Below are positions 29,843-40,796 of a stretch of 64,000 nt of DNA, in pieces. Within the stretch, counting starts at the first letter, position 1. Each line of letters opens with the position of its first letter. The notes below the pieces were generated by a model. It made no database searches. It saw only the letters and a list, made by a program, of their open reading frames with translations, and was not told the origin of the DNA. The DNA lies in assembly GCA_964016885.1 (NCBI GenBank), contig OZ024760.1:12152001-12216000 (forward strand). Reading direction: 5' to 3'. The translations under genes were made by a program, and so were the position numbers. Source of the stretch: Eledone cirrhosa (taxonomy: Eukaryota).

Positions 29843-29956
29843 AAAAGAGGCAGGACCCCGACGGCTGAGCTCCGGCCGTTTCGACGGCTAGATTCGAACG
29901 TTCGGATCTAGCTGTCGAAACGGCCGGAGCTCAGCCGTCGGGGTCCTGCCTCTTTT
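29843..29956. repeat. 114-bp GC-rich fold-back palindrome
   Basis: 57-bp arms, no loop (centre aac|gtt at 29899/29900), only two mismatches, both G-U compatible on +. Confidence 0.95.
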
Positions 29957-29974
29957 TTGTGCAGAAATTAAGTT

Positions 29975-30180
29975 TGAGGGCCGGCTGAAAAGTTCATAGG
30001 TTGACTATGAAGGAGTGATGCTAGAGCTGTGAAATCTTGCATGCATTAATTTCAACTCTTCTTATAAATAACTGCATTGTTCTTTTCAAGGGACTATGTT
30101 GAAAAATAAACCTCATGTGGTCATTCCATGAGAGTATCTTGGTTGTATGCTGCTTGTGACCTTTTCAGTTGACCCTCGTA
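29975..30180. mobile_element. mariner-derived MITE
   Basis: TIRs gagggccggctgaaaagttca / cttttcagttgaccctcgta. Confidence 0.6.
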
Positions 30181-30325
30181 TTCAAAAATAACTCCTTGTA
30201 GAATGTTTCCATAAAACTCTGTATATGAAAATGTATTGATATGTTTCATGTTAATACATTTTATTTCAGCACACCAGCCACTATGAATATGTGAAGTTAT
30301 GTTGTAGACATGTTAATGTGTATCA

Positions 30326-30418
30326 ATGAAGAAGCCACAGTTCTTCAAACTCCTGGTTGGACTCAGTTTAGGATTTCTGCTCTTCCAATTCTTTCTTATC
30401 CGTGTCTTTTGGAAAAGG
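30326..30418 (+). CDS. FKTN: Fukutin coding exon 1: type II signal anchor MKKPQFFKLLVGLSLGFLLFQFFLIRVFWKR
   Basis: ATG at 30326, hydrophobic stretch with FLLFQ as in fukutin N-termini, AGG|gtatgt donor. Confidence 0.85.
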
Positions 30419-31614
30419 GTATGTTGTATGTTATTTTTCCTTCCCGTTCTTTTTAAATTTGTATATATTATTTAATGTTACAGTGACCCCCCCCCCCCCC
30501 CCCCGATATTTGCAGAATTTTCCTCAGAACCTAAACCATCATCATCAGGTCGAACTTGCTCGGCTTTCTACGACACGTTTCCTCCATCCATCTCTGTCTC
30601 TCATAGCGTTTGCCAGTTCTTCCGCAGTGCATCCAGTATCATCCTCAAGTTGCTTGACGTATGTCTTGGGACGACCAGCGTTTCTTGCTCCATGAGATGG
30701 ACTCCATAACAACACATAACCTGCTATTTCTTCCTTGCTGCGCCAACCTAACTAATAATTGTTCACTGTAAACCACTGCATTTTTGCATAATCGTATATA
30801 TTTGCTGCGATTTTTTAATGGCTTCTTAACACTAAATTATTAATAATATACTCTATTTGCCGGCCTATATTTTACGTTATGTTTTAACGTTTATAGGCAT
30901 TTTTATGGACCACGTCCAATATTTGCAGTTTTCCACTCTAAGCAGGTCTTCCAGGAATGTAACCCCCGCGAATACCAGGGGACAACTATACTGCATAACC
31001 CTTTTTTTACATGTGGAATAAATCTTTTTTTTTTTCACCAAAATTTTAACCCCTTTATTACCATGGGTGTACCCCAGCATGGCCTCAGCCTATTGGCTGG
31101 AACAGTACTGTAATATTTCTAAAGAAAGACACAGCCTGTGATGTTGAAATAATTTACAAAACAATCAAGACTAGCTATTTTTCTTAATCTCGTGTTTGGA
31201 GGATAGCTTGACAAAGTTTCTTAGGTAAAATTGTCTAGAGTGGCACCCCAACGACTGGTTGTACCAGTAGCACCTCAACGACTGGCTGCCCCAGTAGCAC
31301 CCCAACGACTGGCTGCCCCAGTGGCACCCCAAAATGACTGGCTGCACTAGTTGCGGGAACATATTAGATAACTTTACCTATGTAGATTTATGCAACACTT
31401 GCTAGAAGGGAAAATGGACATTAAATGACAAGTATGGTAACAAAGGGGTTAAATGATTTTTTTTTTTATTGAACTTAATTGAAGGGCGGTGGATTGGCAG
31501 ACACCATGCTTTGCAGTATAGAGTTATGGCCTTTTACGTTCTGTTTTCAAATCCCACTGAGGTTAGCTTTTCCATTCATCCTTATGGGGTTGATAAAATA
31601 AAGTACCAGTAATG

Positions 31615-31864
31615 TGTGTGTGATAGCTCACACTTATGCAGGTTTAGATGGCCTCCTTCAAGGTATATCTCGGGGGTGTCTTGGGTAATTTAATGATAGG
31701 GATCCCAGTCCTATCATCTCATTTCTACAGCTGAGTAAACTGGAGCAACGTGAAATAAAGTGTCTTGCTCAAAGAAACAACACATCACCTGGGTGCGAGA
31801 ATTGAACTCTCAACCTTTCGATTGCAAGCCCAATGCTCTAACCACTAAGCCATGCACCTTCATA
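31615..31864 (-). mobile_element. tRNA-derived SINE family B nested in a family A SINE (other copies 8615-8868, 12845-12960, 32840-33063, 47840-47995)
   Basis: A-box tggcttagtggttagagc, B-box gagttcaattctc, body tgagcaagacactttatttcac. TSD agtaatg at 31608-31614 and 31865-31871. Confidence 0.85.
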
Positions 31865-31972
31865 AGTAATGCACTGGTGTCGATTTAATTGACTTTCCCC
31901 TCCCCCAAAAAATTGTTGGCTTTGTGTCTGTAGTAGAAGCCATTGTTATATCTGTGAAATGTTTATTGGTAG

Positions 31973-32059
31973 AATGATGATCAGAATTTGGTAAATGCTG
32001 CGGACTTGGTGTATTTATCTCAAGAACGACAGTATTCAGAAACAAAGTTCCCAAAAGAG
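31973..32059 (+). CDS. FKTN: Fukutin coding exon 2 (stem region, NDDQNLVNAADLVYLSQERQYSETKFPKE)
   Basis: gtttattggtag| acceptor (in-frame alternative at 31985), GAG|gtgagg donor, phase 0-0. Brings the total to 457 aa, close to vertebrate fukutin. Confidence 0.65.
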
Positions 32060-32145
32060 GTGAGGGTTTTATAAGTTTAGAAAGTGTTGCTTTTAACATT
32101 GAATTGTAATGTTTTGAAAACTATCCTACATTTTTACTTTGTTTT

Positions 32146-32180
<35 letters not shown>

Positions 32181-32182
<2 letters not shown>

Positions 32183-32297
32183 GGAACGAGTAGGACCCCG
32201 ACGGCTGAGCTCAAGCCGTTTCGACGGCTAATTCTGGACCCAGAATTAGCCGTCGAAACGGCTTGAGCTCAGCCATCGGGGGTCCAACTCGTTCCTA
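32181..32297. repeat. 117-bp GC-rich fold-back, same family as 29843-29956
   Basis: Shares aggaccccgacggctgagctc..gccgtttcgacggcta arm, different centre and outer ends. Confidence 0.95.
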
Positions 32298-32458
32298 TTA
32301 CCCACTCTACTACCCTAAGTATTGAGTACTTTGGTGCGTTATGGTCCACCTGGTTCCTTACCACATTTCCTTTGTTATATATATATATATATATATATAT
32401 GATCATTCTACAATCATAGCCAATTATATATAACACTAGCCAATATTTTATTTTCCAG

Positions 32459-32644
32459 GATGTTGCGAAAGTGTTTCTTAGTGTATGTGCTGAGCTGAAA
32501 GTTCCCGTTTTCTTACTTGATGCCGATATTTTGAGCAGCCTTAGTCCTGATGAAGCCTCTCCAGTATCTATTAGTTCTAACTGTCAGTTGGGCTGTCGAC
32601 GGCATGTCACTTTTGGGGTTAACTTCAAGTACTGGGACAGTCAG
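32459..32644 (+). CDS. FKTN: Fukutin coding exon 3 (DVAKVFLSVCAELKVPVFLLDADIL...CQLGC...FGVNFKYWDSQ)
   Basis: ttttccag| acceptor, CAG|gtattt donor, VPVFL(L/I)D motif of fukutin. Confidence 0.9.
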
Positions 32645-33648
32645 GTATTTATCATATCTCACTAATCTACTTTACATATCCTGTTAGGGGCTGTTGTGTG
32701 TTTCGTCATCGTCACCACGTTCATCTTCTCATGTTGGTATGAGTTTGGCCAGGATGTTCTTAGACAATGTTTTACATCCAGACTCCCTTCCTGACACCAA
32801 CCCCTTTTAGTCGCCGCTTACAACACATATGGTGTACTTATTCTATGCAGGTTTAGCTGGCCTCCTCCAAGGTATATCTCGTTGGAGGTGTCTTGGGTAA
32901 TTTAATGATAGGGACCTCAGTCCTGTCATCTCATTTCTACAGCTGAGTAAACTGGAGCAACGTGAAATAAAGTGTCTTGCTCAAGGAAACAACACATCAC
33001 CCGGTCTGAGAATTGAACTCACAACCTTTCGATTGCAAGCCCAATGCTCTAACCACTAAGCCATCATATATATACATATTGATATATTGACAGCTGATGC
33101 CCCTCATAATGTCAATCATATTACACCGAGACCATTTCCATGGCACCAGCACTACTAGCTTCATGTCGATACCATTCAAAGCAAGCAGTGATGTTTGTTT
33201 ATGTCCTGTGTAAACTATACATCCCACAGCTAACCTACTTGATGAAGATGAGAGGTATATATATATATATATATATATCTGTATGTGTGTGTGTATATAT
33301 ATATTTTTATATATATACACACACACACACACACATAATCTTTATCAAGCCTCTTCGGATTTTGGTCTTCATAATTATTAATACGGTGGAGGGTCGGACG
33401 CCATGCTTTCCAGCAAAGAGTTACGGCCCTTTATGGTCTGAGTTCAAATCCCGCCGAGGTTAACTTTGCCTTTCATTCTTACGGGGTTGATAAAGTACCA
33501 GTAATACACTGGGATAATTGCTGGCCTTGTGCCAAAAGTAGAAACAATTATTACTATATATATATATTTATAAGTAATGAAATTTCCGTTGGAAACAGAA
33601 AAGGTCATAGAAGTGAAGAGTGCTCTATGTAAGTATCAGAGCAAAATT

Positions 33649-33829
33649 TAATGTATAAAAATCAATACAATATAATTACCTCATTACCAGAGGTTTCCCG
33701 AATGAGGCGAATACAAAAGAAGCGTCTTCATTCGTTCGTCGAACGAATGAAGACGTTTATTTCGTATTCGCCTCATTCGGGAAACCTCTGGTAATGAGGT
33801 AATTATATTGTATTGATTTTTATACATTA
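33649..33829. repeat. 181-bp fold-back hairpin
   Basis: Arms taatgtataaaaatc...gaggtttcccgaatgaggcgaatac / gtattcgcctcattcgggaaacctctggta...tatacatta with inner hairpin. Confidence 0.95.
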
Positions 33830-34211
33830 TATATATTTATATACATATTCACAGACCGTGATTATGAATAAAGTATGAGATGGCAGCAGGAGAGGTCCCC
33901 CCCACCCCAAAGCCCCATGTACCTATGTTAACATAATTGTTTCTCCTTTTTGGCACAAGGTCAGCAATTATCCCAGTACATTACTGGTACTTTATTTTAT
34001 CAACCCCATAAGGATGAAAGGCAAAGTTAACCTCGGCGGGATTTGAACTCAGATCATAAAGGGCCGTAACTCTTTGCTAGAAAGCATGGCGTCTGACCCT
34101 CCACCGATACTCTGCCTACCCACCGCTCTTATGTTAACATAATGAAGAGTTTTTAGAACTTATCTTGGTGTTTTAATACTTTTTCTTTCTCTCTGTTTTG
34201 TATTTCTGAAG

Positions 34212-34483
34212 GGCATTACTCAAATGTTAATAGAGGATTTCTTCATACATAGTATCAAGCAAGCAGATCCCCGTTATCGACATGACACCATCCCAACTCA
34301 TTTCTTCTTGTACTCACGCAACTCAGACCATCACACCGTTATTCAAGTGGTTATGTTTCATATTCGTCTCGCCACCTATTTCTGGCACGGAGCAATAAGT
34401 CCTCTTTCTCGCCTCAATAGTGTTCTTCCATCTAAAGCATTCACTGACATAGCTTATGGTGTTTATGCCGGAGCATATGAAAA
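34212..34483 (+). CDS. FKTN: Fukutin coding exon 4 (GITQML...DPRY...IPTHF...IQVVMFH...YFWHG...YAGAYEK)
   Basis: ctgaag| acceptor, AA|gtaagt donor, motifs DPR, VVxFH, YxWHG. Confidence 0.92.
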
Positions 34484-34513
34484 GTAAGTCACACATTTTA
34501 TGAACGTTGTCAA

Positions 34514-35026
34514 CCCTTAATCCTCTACATTACTCTATATATACTATTGTATTTTCACAGTAAAGACTTTACCTCACATAACATTTACATTACTCTATAT
34601 ATACTATTGTATTTTCACAGTAAAGGCTTTACCTCACATAACATTTACATTACTCTATATATACTATTGTATTTTCACAGTAAAGACTTTACCTCACATA
34701 ACATTTACATTACTCTATATATACTATTGTATTTTCACAGTAAAGGCTTTACCTCACATAACATTTACATTATTCTATATATACTATTGTATTTTCGTGG
34801 TAAATGCTTTACCTCACATAACATTTACATTACTCTATATACTATTGTATTTTCGTGGTAAATGCTTTATCTCACATAATATCAAATCTGAGATTATGAT
34901 GTTATTTATTTTGAGAACAATATCTTAACATCAGTATGAGTGGCCATAGATTCAATATTATGTGAGCTAATTGTGTCAGATAAAGCATTTACCGTGAAAA
35001 TATAGAGTAATGTAAATGCTAGAGGG
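34514..35026 (+). mobile_element. Same MITE family, 60-bp array, rearranged right end
   Basis: 60-bp units acatttacattactctatatatactattgtattttcacagtaaagactttacctcacata. Right end is an inverted copy of the left end. Confidence 0.65.
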
Positions 35027-35044
35027 ATAAACATCTTAAATAAT

Positions 35045-35230
35045 TGTTTCTACTTTAGGCACAAGGCCAGCAATTACCCAGTGCATTACTGGTACTTTAT
35101 TTTATCGACCCCGTAAGGATGACAGGCAAAGTCAACCTCGGCGGGATTTGAACTCAGATCGTAAAGGGACGTAACTATGCCGGAAAGCATGGCGTCCGAC
35201 CCTCTACCGATACTGCCAATCCACCGCCCT
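35045..35230 (-). mobile_element. tRNA-derived SINE family A, young copy with 17-bp TSD (other copies: 16800-16990, 17004-17170, 19760-19940, 22995-23178, 31485-31945, 33385-33550, 33938-34129, 38960-39086, 43495-43672)
   Basis: B-box gagttcaaatccc, body ctttgcctttcatccttacggggtcgataaaataaagtaccag, TSD taaacatcttaaataat at 35028-35044 and 35231-35247. Confidence 0.88.
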
Positions 35231-35382
35231 TAAACATCTTAAATAATGATTTGTTTCAAAGATATTTTCTCCCAAAACATCAGATGATGTTTTGACTTAA
35301 TTCTTGTGAATTGTTATTACACGGAGTTCTTGCCAATTCCTTTGACATCTGTTTTAAAGTTTCTCGGCTTCTCTTGTTTCAG

Positions 35383-35645
35383 GTTTGAATTGGATGAAGC
35401 ACAGGTTGACAATATGACTGTCTATGTTCCACAACCTCCTGAACAATTTCTAAAACAAATTCCTCAGTCAAGGTTCATTGAGTGCAACAGTACACGTGCC
35501 AGCAAGTTTTCGACTATTTACGGAATAGACAACTCCGAGGCAAGCCAGAAGTTCCAGAGAAAAGCCCGCCAGGTGTTGGCTAAATGCAAACAACTTTTAG
35601 GCAGCTTGGAAATCAGGTTTTGGCTCAGTAGTGGAACATGTTTAG
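35383..35645 (+). CDS. FKTN: Fukutin coding exon 5 (FELDEAQVD...SRFIEC...FWLSSGTCLG)
   Basis: ttgtttcag| acceptor, G|gtaaat donor, SRFIEC and FWLSSGTCLG hallmark motifs. Confidence 0.95.
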
Positions 35646-35799
35646 GTAAATTGTTCTATTTTTCTTGTCATATTATCATCATGTATCTTTTAACTTTAAC
35701 TTCTTATTGAGTCACTACCCCACACCCATCAAATGTTGCACACAGGGCCTTGCCTGGAGTGTTAATGTTTAACTATTTCATTACTATATTTCTAATGAA

Positions 35800-36562
35800 A
35801 GACATGGTCCCAGCATTCCTCCCACTTTTGGACTCCGGACTGGAAGTTGTTTTCCGTAAGTGAGTCAAGGAGCTTCTACGATTCACTCTGGATCTCAGCG
35901 ATGGTGTTACGACGGGGACCTTTGAGCTCCATTTTCAGCTTGGAGAAGAGACGGAAGTCCACAGGTGCTAAATCTGTTGAACAGGGCAGGTGTGGAATTA
36001 GTGATACGATGTTGTTTTGGGTGAGAAACTCACGAGTGAGGAGAACTCAGTGACAGGGTGCTTTGTCGTTGTGAAGAATCCATTTCTTCGCACTCCACAG
36101 ATCTGGTCACTTTCGCTGAATGTCCTCCCTCAAACGTCTCAAAATGTTGCAGTAGAACTCTTGATTGACGGTGTGGCCCTGGAGGGTGAATTCTTGTTGC
36201 ACAATACAGCAGATGTCGAAAAAACAATGTGCATGTTCTTGATTGAGCTGTGGCCCTGTTGTGCCGTCTTCAGTTGTGGAGCATTGCGTATAACCCATTG
36301 CCTTGTCTCTGTAAGCTTGTCAAAGCATGATCAATGCCTTTGTCTAGACTTCCTAAGTTGATCGCAAAATTTCCTGTTGGCTCTTTGTTCCAACTTCCTG
36401 TGCATGACAAAATTGCAGACTACAGCATACACATGATCTCAAAAACACAGCAACGTCACTTGGCATACTGGCGCATGAAGGTCACTGCTAGCTCACAATG
36501 TGTGTTGCCATCTGTTGTCGCGCTACAAAACGAGTCTGGAAACTCTTTGATACCACCTCGTA
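35800..36562 (-). pseudogene. Decayed mariner (DD34D-type) transposase in fukutin intron 5
   Basis: - strand FFDICCIVQQEF...TVNQEFYCNILRRLREDIQRK*PDLW...WILHNDKAPCH...PCSTDLAPVDF..FSKLK with stops. End TACGAGGTGGTATCAAAGAGTTTCC at 36562. Confidence 0.85.
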
Positions 36563-36675
36563 TATATTACCAAATTCTTGGTATAATATATATTACTAAT
36601 TTATTTCTTTGTATTAAAATATAAATCCTCCCTCTTTACATCCCATGAAATCATTGTTCCTTTTCTTTCTTTTAG

Positions 36676-36809
36676 GTTGGTTCCGACAATGTAGTATAAT
36701 TCCTCACAGTAAAGATGTAGATGTCGGTATCTGGATTGAGGATTACAATCCACAGCTGATTCCAACATTCCAAGAGAATGGTTTTGTTCTCAAACACATG
36801 TTTGGTAAA
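36676..36809 (+). CDS. FKTN: Fukutin coding exon 6 ([18 protein letters not shown]...LKHMFGK), LicD-type DxD catalytic motif
   Basis: ttcttttag| acceptor, AAA|gtaagt donor, WxRQC..IPxSKDVD. Confidence 0.95.
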
Positions 36810-36919
36810 GTAAGTATTAATAGAACCACAACTTTAACTTTATTTCATTACGATATATCTAAGGAAAGACACTTGCAATAAATTACAAATAATTTTAAAA
36901 ATTTGGAAGCATTGATTAA

Positions 36920-38424
36920 CCCTTTAGCATTTACATTACTCTATATATACTATTGTATTTTCATGGTAAAGACTTTACCTCACATAACATTTACATTACT
37001 CTATATATACTATTGTATTTTCATGGTAAAGACTTTACCTCACATAGCATTTACATTACTCTATATATACTATTGTATTTTCATGGTAAAGACTTTACCT
37101 CACATAACATTTACAGTACTCTATATATACTATTGTATTTTCATGGTAAAGACTTTACCTCACATAGCATTTACATTACTCTATATATACTATTGTATTT
37201 TCATGGTAAAGACTTTACCTCACATAGCATTTACATTACTCTATATATACTATTGTATTTTCATGGTAAAGACTTTACCTCACATAACATTTACAGTACT
37301 CTATATATACTATTGTATTTTCATGGTAGACTTTACCTCACATAACATTTACATTACTCTATATATACTATTGTATTTTCATGGTAAAGACTTTACCTCA
37401 CATAGCATTTACATTACTCTATATATACTATTGTATTTTCATGGTAAAGACTTTACCTCACATAACATTTACAGTACTCTATATATACTATTGTATTTTC
37501 ATGGTAAAGACTTTACCTCACATAACATTTACATTACTCTATATATACTATTGTATTTTCATGGTAAAGACTTTACCTCACATAGCATTTACATTACTCT
37601 ATATATACTATTGTATTTTCATGGTAAAGACTTTACCTCACATAGCATTTACATTACTCTATATATACTATTGTATTTTCATGGTAAAGACTTTACCTCA
37701 CATAATATTTACATTACTCGATATATACTATTGTATTTTCATGGTAAAGACTTTACCTCACAACATTTACATTACTCTATATATACTATTGTATTTTCAT
37801 GGTAAAGACTTTACCTCACATAACATTTACATTACTCTATATATACTATTGTATTTTCATGGTAAAGACTTTACCTCACATAACATTTACATTACTCTAT
37901 ATATACTATTGTATTTTCATGGTAAAGTCTTTACCTCACATACCATTTACATTACTCTATATATACTATTGTATTTTCATGGTAAAGTCTTTACCTCACA
38001 TACCATTTACATTACTCTATATATACTATTGTATTTTCATGGTAAAGTCTTTACCTCACATAACATTTACATTACTCTATATATACTATTGTATTTTCAT
38101 GGTAAAGTCTTTACCTCACATAACATTTACATTACTCGATATATACTATTGTATTTTCATGGTAAAGACTTTACCTCACATAACATTTACATTACTCTAT
38201 ATATACTATTGTATTTTCATGGTAAAGACTTTACCTCACATACCATTTACATTACTCTATATATACTATTGTATTTTCATGGTAAAGGCTTTATCTTGTG
38301 TAATTATCTCACATAATATCAAATCTGTGTGATTTTGATGTTATATATTTTGAAAACAATACCTTAACATCAGTATGAGGCGAGAGAATTCTGGCCGGTT
38401 ACGATCGGTTTAAATGCTAAAGGG
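36920..38424 (+). mobile_element. piggyBac-type MITE with ~1.35-kb internal 60-bp array
   Basis: TTAA|CCCTTTAGCATTTA ... TAAATGCTAAAGGG|TTAA. Confidence 0.82.
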
Positions 38425-39130
38425 TTAACGTAGAGGACTGTAAAGCATCTTATTCATTCTGGTTTCAAATGAAGTCAACTTTGTCTTTCATCCTTCCAGG
38501 GTTAAAATAAAATACCAGTAAAAAACTGTGGTCAGTAAAAACAACCCTTTTCTCTCCCAAATTTGCTGGTCTTCAGCCTCAATTAGAAATAATTATTAAT
38601 TTGGTGTTATAACCTTCTTCTTTGTCCACTTATTCCTGAGTGGATTGTGGAGGGCCAGACTCCCCCAGTAGGTCCTGTCAGAAGCAACCGTCTCCAACTG
38701 ATCTGGCTAGATCCTCAAGCAAGACCAGCCAAGCTCATGGATGTTATCCAACCATCTTACCCAGGGTCTACCCCTGGGTCTCCTGTTGGTTATAACCTAA
38801 CTTAATAAAATTAAGGTGGAATTTTTTTTTAGATGACTATAAAGGCTTTAAATGAAAGAGTTTTGCATCTTATAACCCGTGGTAGTTCCCCGTGGTTTTG
38901 TATTAAATCGGTTAAACTTCACTACCAAGACTTTCTAGATGTTATTTATTGTCAATAATTGTTTCTACTTTTGGCACAAGGCCAGCAATTACCCAGTACA
39001 TTACTGGTACTTTATTTTATCAACCCTGTAAGGATGAAAGGCAAAGTTAACCTCGGCGGGATTTGAACTCAGACTGGCAAGGGCCGTTGTCAATAATATT
39101 GGTTAATTAATGGATTTTGTTTTGTTTTAG

Positions 39131-39255
39131 ATTTCTGATAGTTACGAGTTGACCTTTGCGGCGGGGGACATCAAGTTAGACATATTTTTCTTTTATGAGG
39201 CACCACAATATATGTGGAATGGTGGCACCCAAGCTAAAACTGGAAAGAAGCTCAA
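39131..39255 (+). CDS. FKTN: Fukutin coding exon 7 (ISDSYELTF...KLDIFFFYE...[15 protein letters not shown])
   Basis: tttgttttag| acceptor, AA|gtaagt donor, KLDxFFFYE and [12 protein letters not shown] motifs. Confidence 0.95.
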
Positions 39256-40582
39256 GTAAGTTTTTTTTGTGAATTTAAAATTCAATATAGCTTAATAAAA
39301 TAAAATTGAAGGACTTAGTCCACACTGTATGATGGTTGTGCTGGTGACACTACAAAAATCACTGACTCCACATTGTAAGTTATTAGTGGTGGCACCACCA
39401 AACAAGCTCCTGGTACACATTGAAGGGAATACAGTCATAGAAAACGAATCTATAATTGAATTGTATAATCATGAAGGGTCTTTGGAGTAACGTTGTTCAA
39501 TAGAGTCACTCCAGGTAGAGTCGCTACTATCCGAATTTAGAAATGACAGCTCCGATACTATGGGCATGTAGTTAGAATGTCTCATGAAAGAATCGCTGGA
39601 CAGATTTTATGGAGAAAACCAACCGGCAGGAGACCCAGGGGTAGACCCTGTGCAAGATGGTTGGATAACATCCAAGAGCTTAGCTGGTCTCACTCGGGAA
39701 TCTAGCCGGATCAGTTGGAGATGGTTGCTTCTGACAGGACCCACTGGGAGGAGTGTTTGCCCCCACAACCCTCTCAGCCTGAAATTAAAAAAAAACCAGA
39801 AAATATTTGAAAATGTTTTTTTTTTTAATTGAACTGTTTATAGTATCTTTATTTCTGGATATATCATTGTGAATATTTGCGGTATTAAAGTAAAGACTTA
39901 AAAATTTAATGTGATGCAGTCATAGTGCTGTTTTATATTTTTCAAGAATGTCTTGCTAATGTGGTTTCTCTGAGGTCAACTTTGCTTTTCATCCATATAA
40001 GGTCAATAAAAGAGTCTAATTTCCCTCTATATTTTTTCTTACTTCCTTTCTGCCACTCTCTCTATCCTTCAATGGAAGACCTGGAGAGGATTACCACATA
40101 TATATAACGGTCATTTTGGAAGCCTTCTTTCTTCTGATGGAGTAGCATCCGAAAAGTTAAGACCCTCTTCCTGCTATATCAAGCGTTAACCTAATATATC
40201 GCTTCCATATACTGTACCGATTGTGTTGTTATTTCTGTTTACCCTTTACACACATATATATATATGTATGTATGCCCAGACGAACTCGTTTTTCTCACTC
40301 TTTAATGTAAAGTGTGCACTTTGCTTTCCTTTTGATTAGTATCTTAATGAAACTAATTTAAAGCATTGAGTGAGTGGGAAATCAATGAAAGGTATATTGA
40401 TCCAATCTGATGACTTTGTTCCAGTGTCATACCTTTTGTAGTCCACAGTGGGGGCTGCTCTCTAAACCTCTTCCATTCTATCCTTTTTGTAGCTGTTATA
40501 AATTAGAAATATGTATTGTAGCATACCAGCGATCCACATTATTTGATATTTGCATACAATGGACATTCTTTTGTTTTTTTAG

Positions 40583-40796
40583 ATACATATTTCCTAAATT
40601 TACTCTCTGCTGGAGTGAATTTTTAGATTTGTGGATCCGAGTTCCATGTGACACGGAAGCATATATAGCAGCAAATTATGGTAAAGATTGGTTCCAACCA
40701 ATCAAAGAATGGGATTGGAAGAAAAGTCCTTCAAATGTTCATGAAAATGGAGTCTGGCCTGTCAATGAATGGGATACTGTAATTCAAACTTTTTAA
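40583..40796 (+). CDS. FKTN: Fukutin terminal exon ([13 protein letters not shown]...ANYGKDW...[10 protein letters not shown]...[13 protein letters not shown])
   Basis: ttttttag| acceptor, TAA at 40794-40796, AATAAA at ~40822 and ~40986. The eight exons sum to 1374 nt = 457 aa + stop. Confidence 0.95.
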
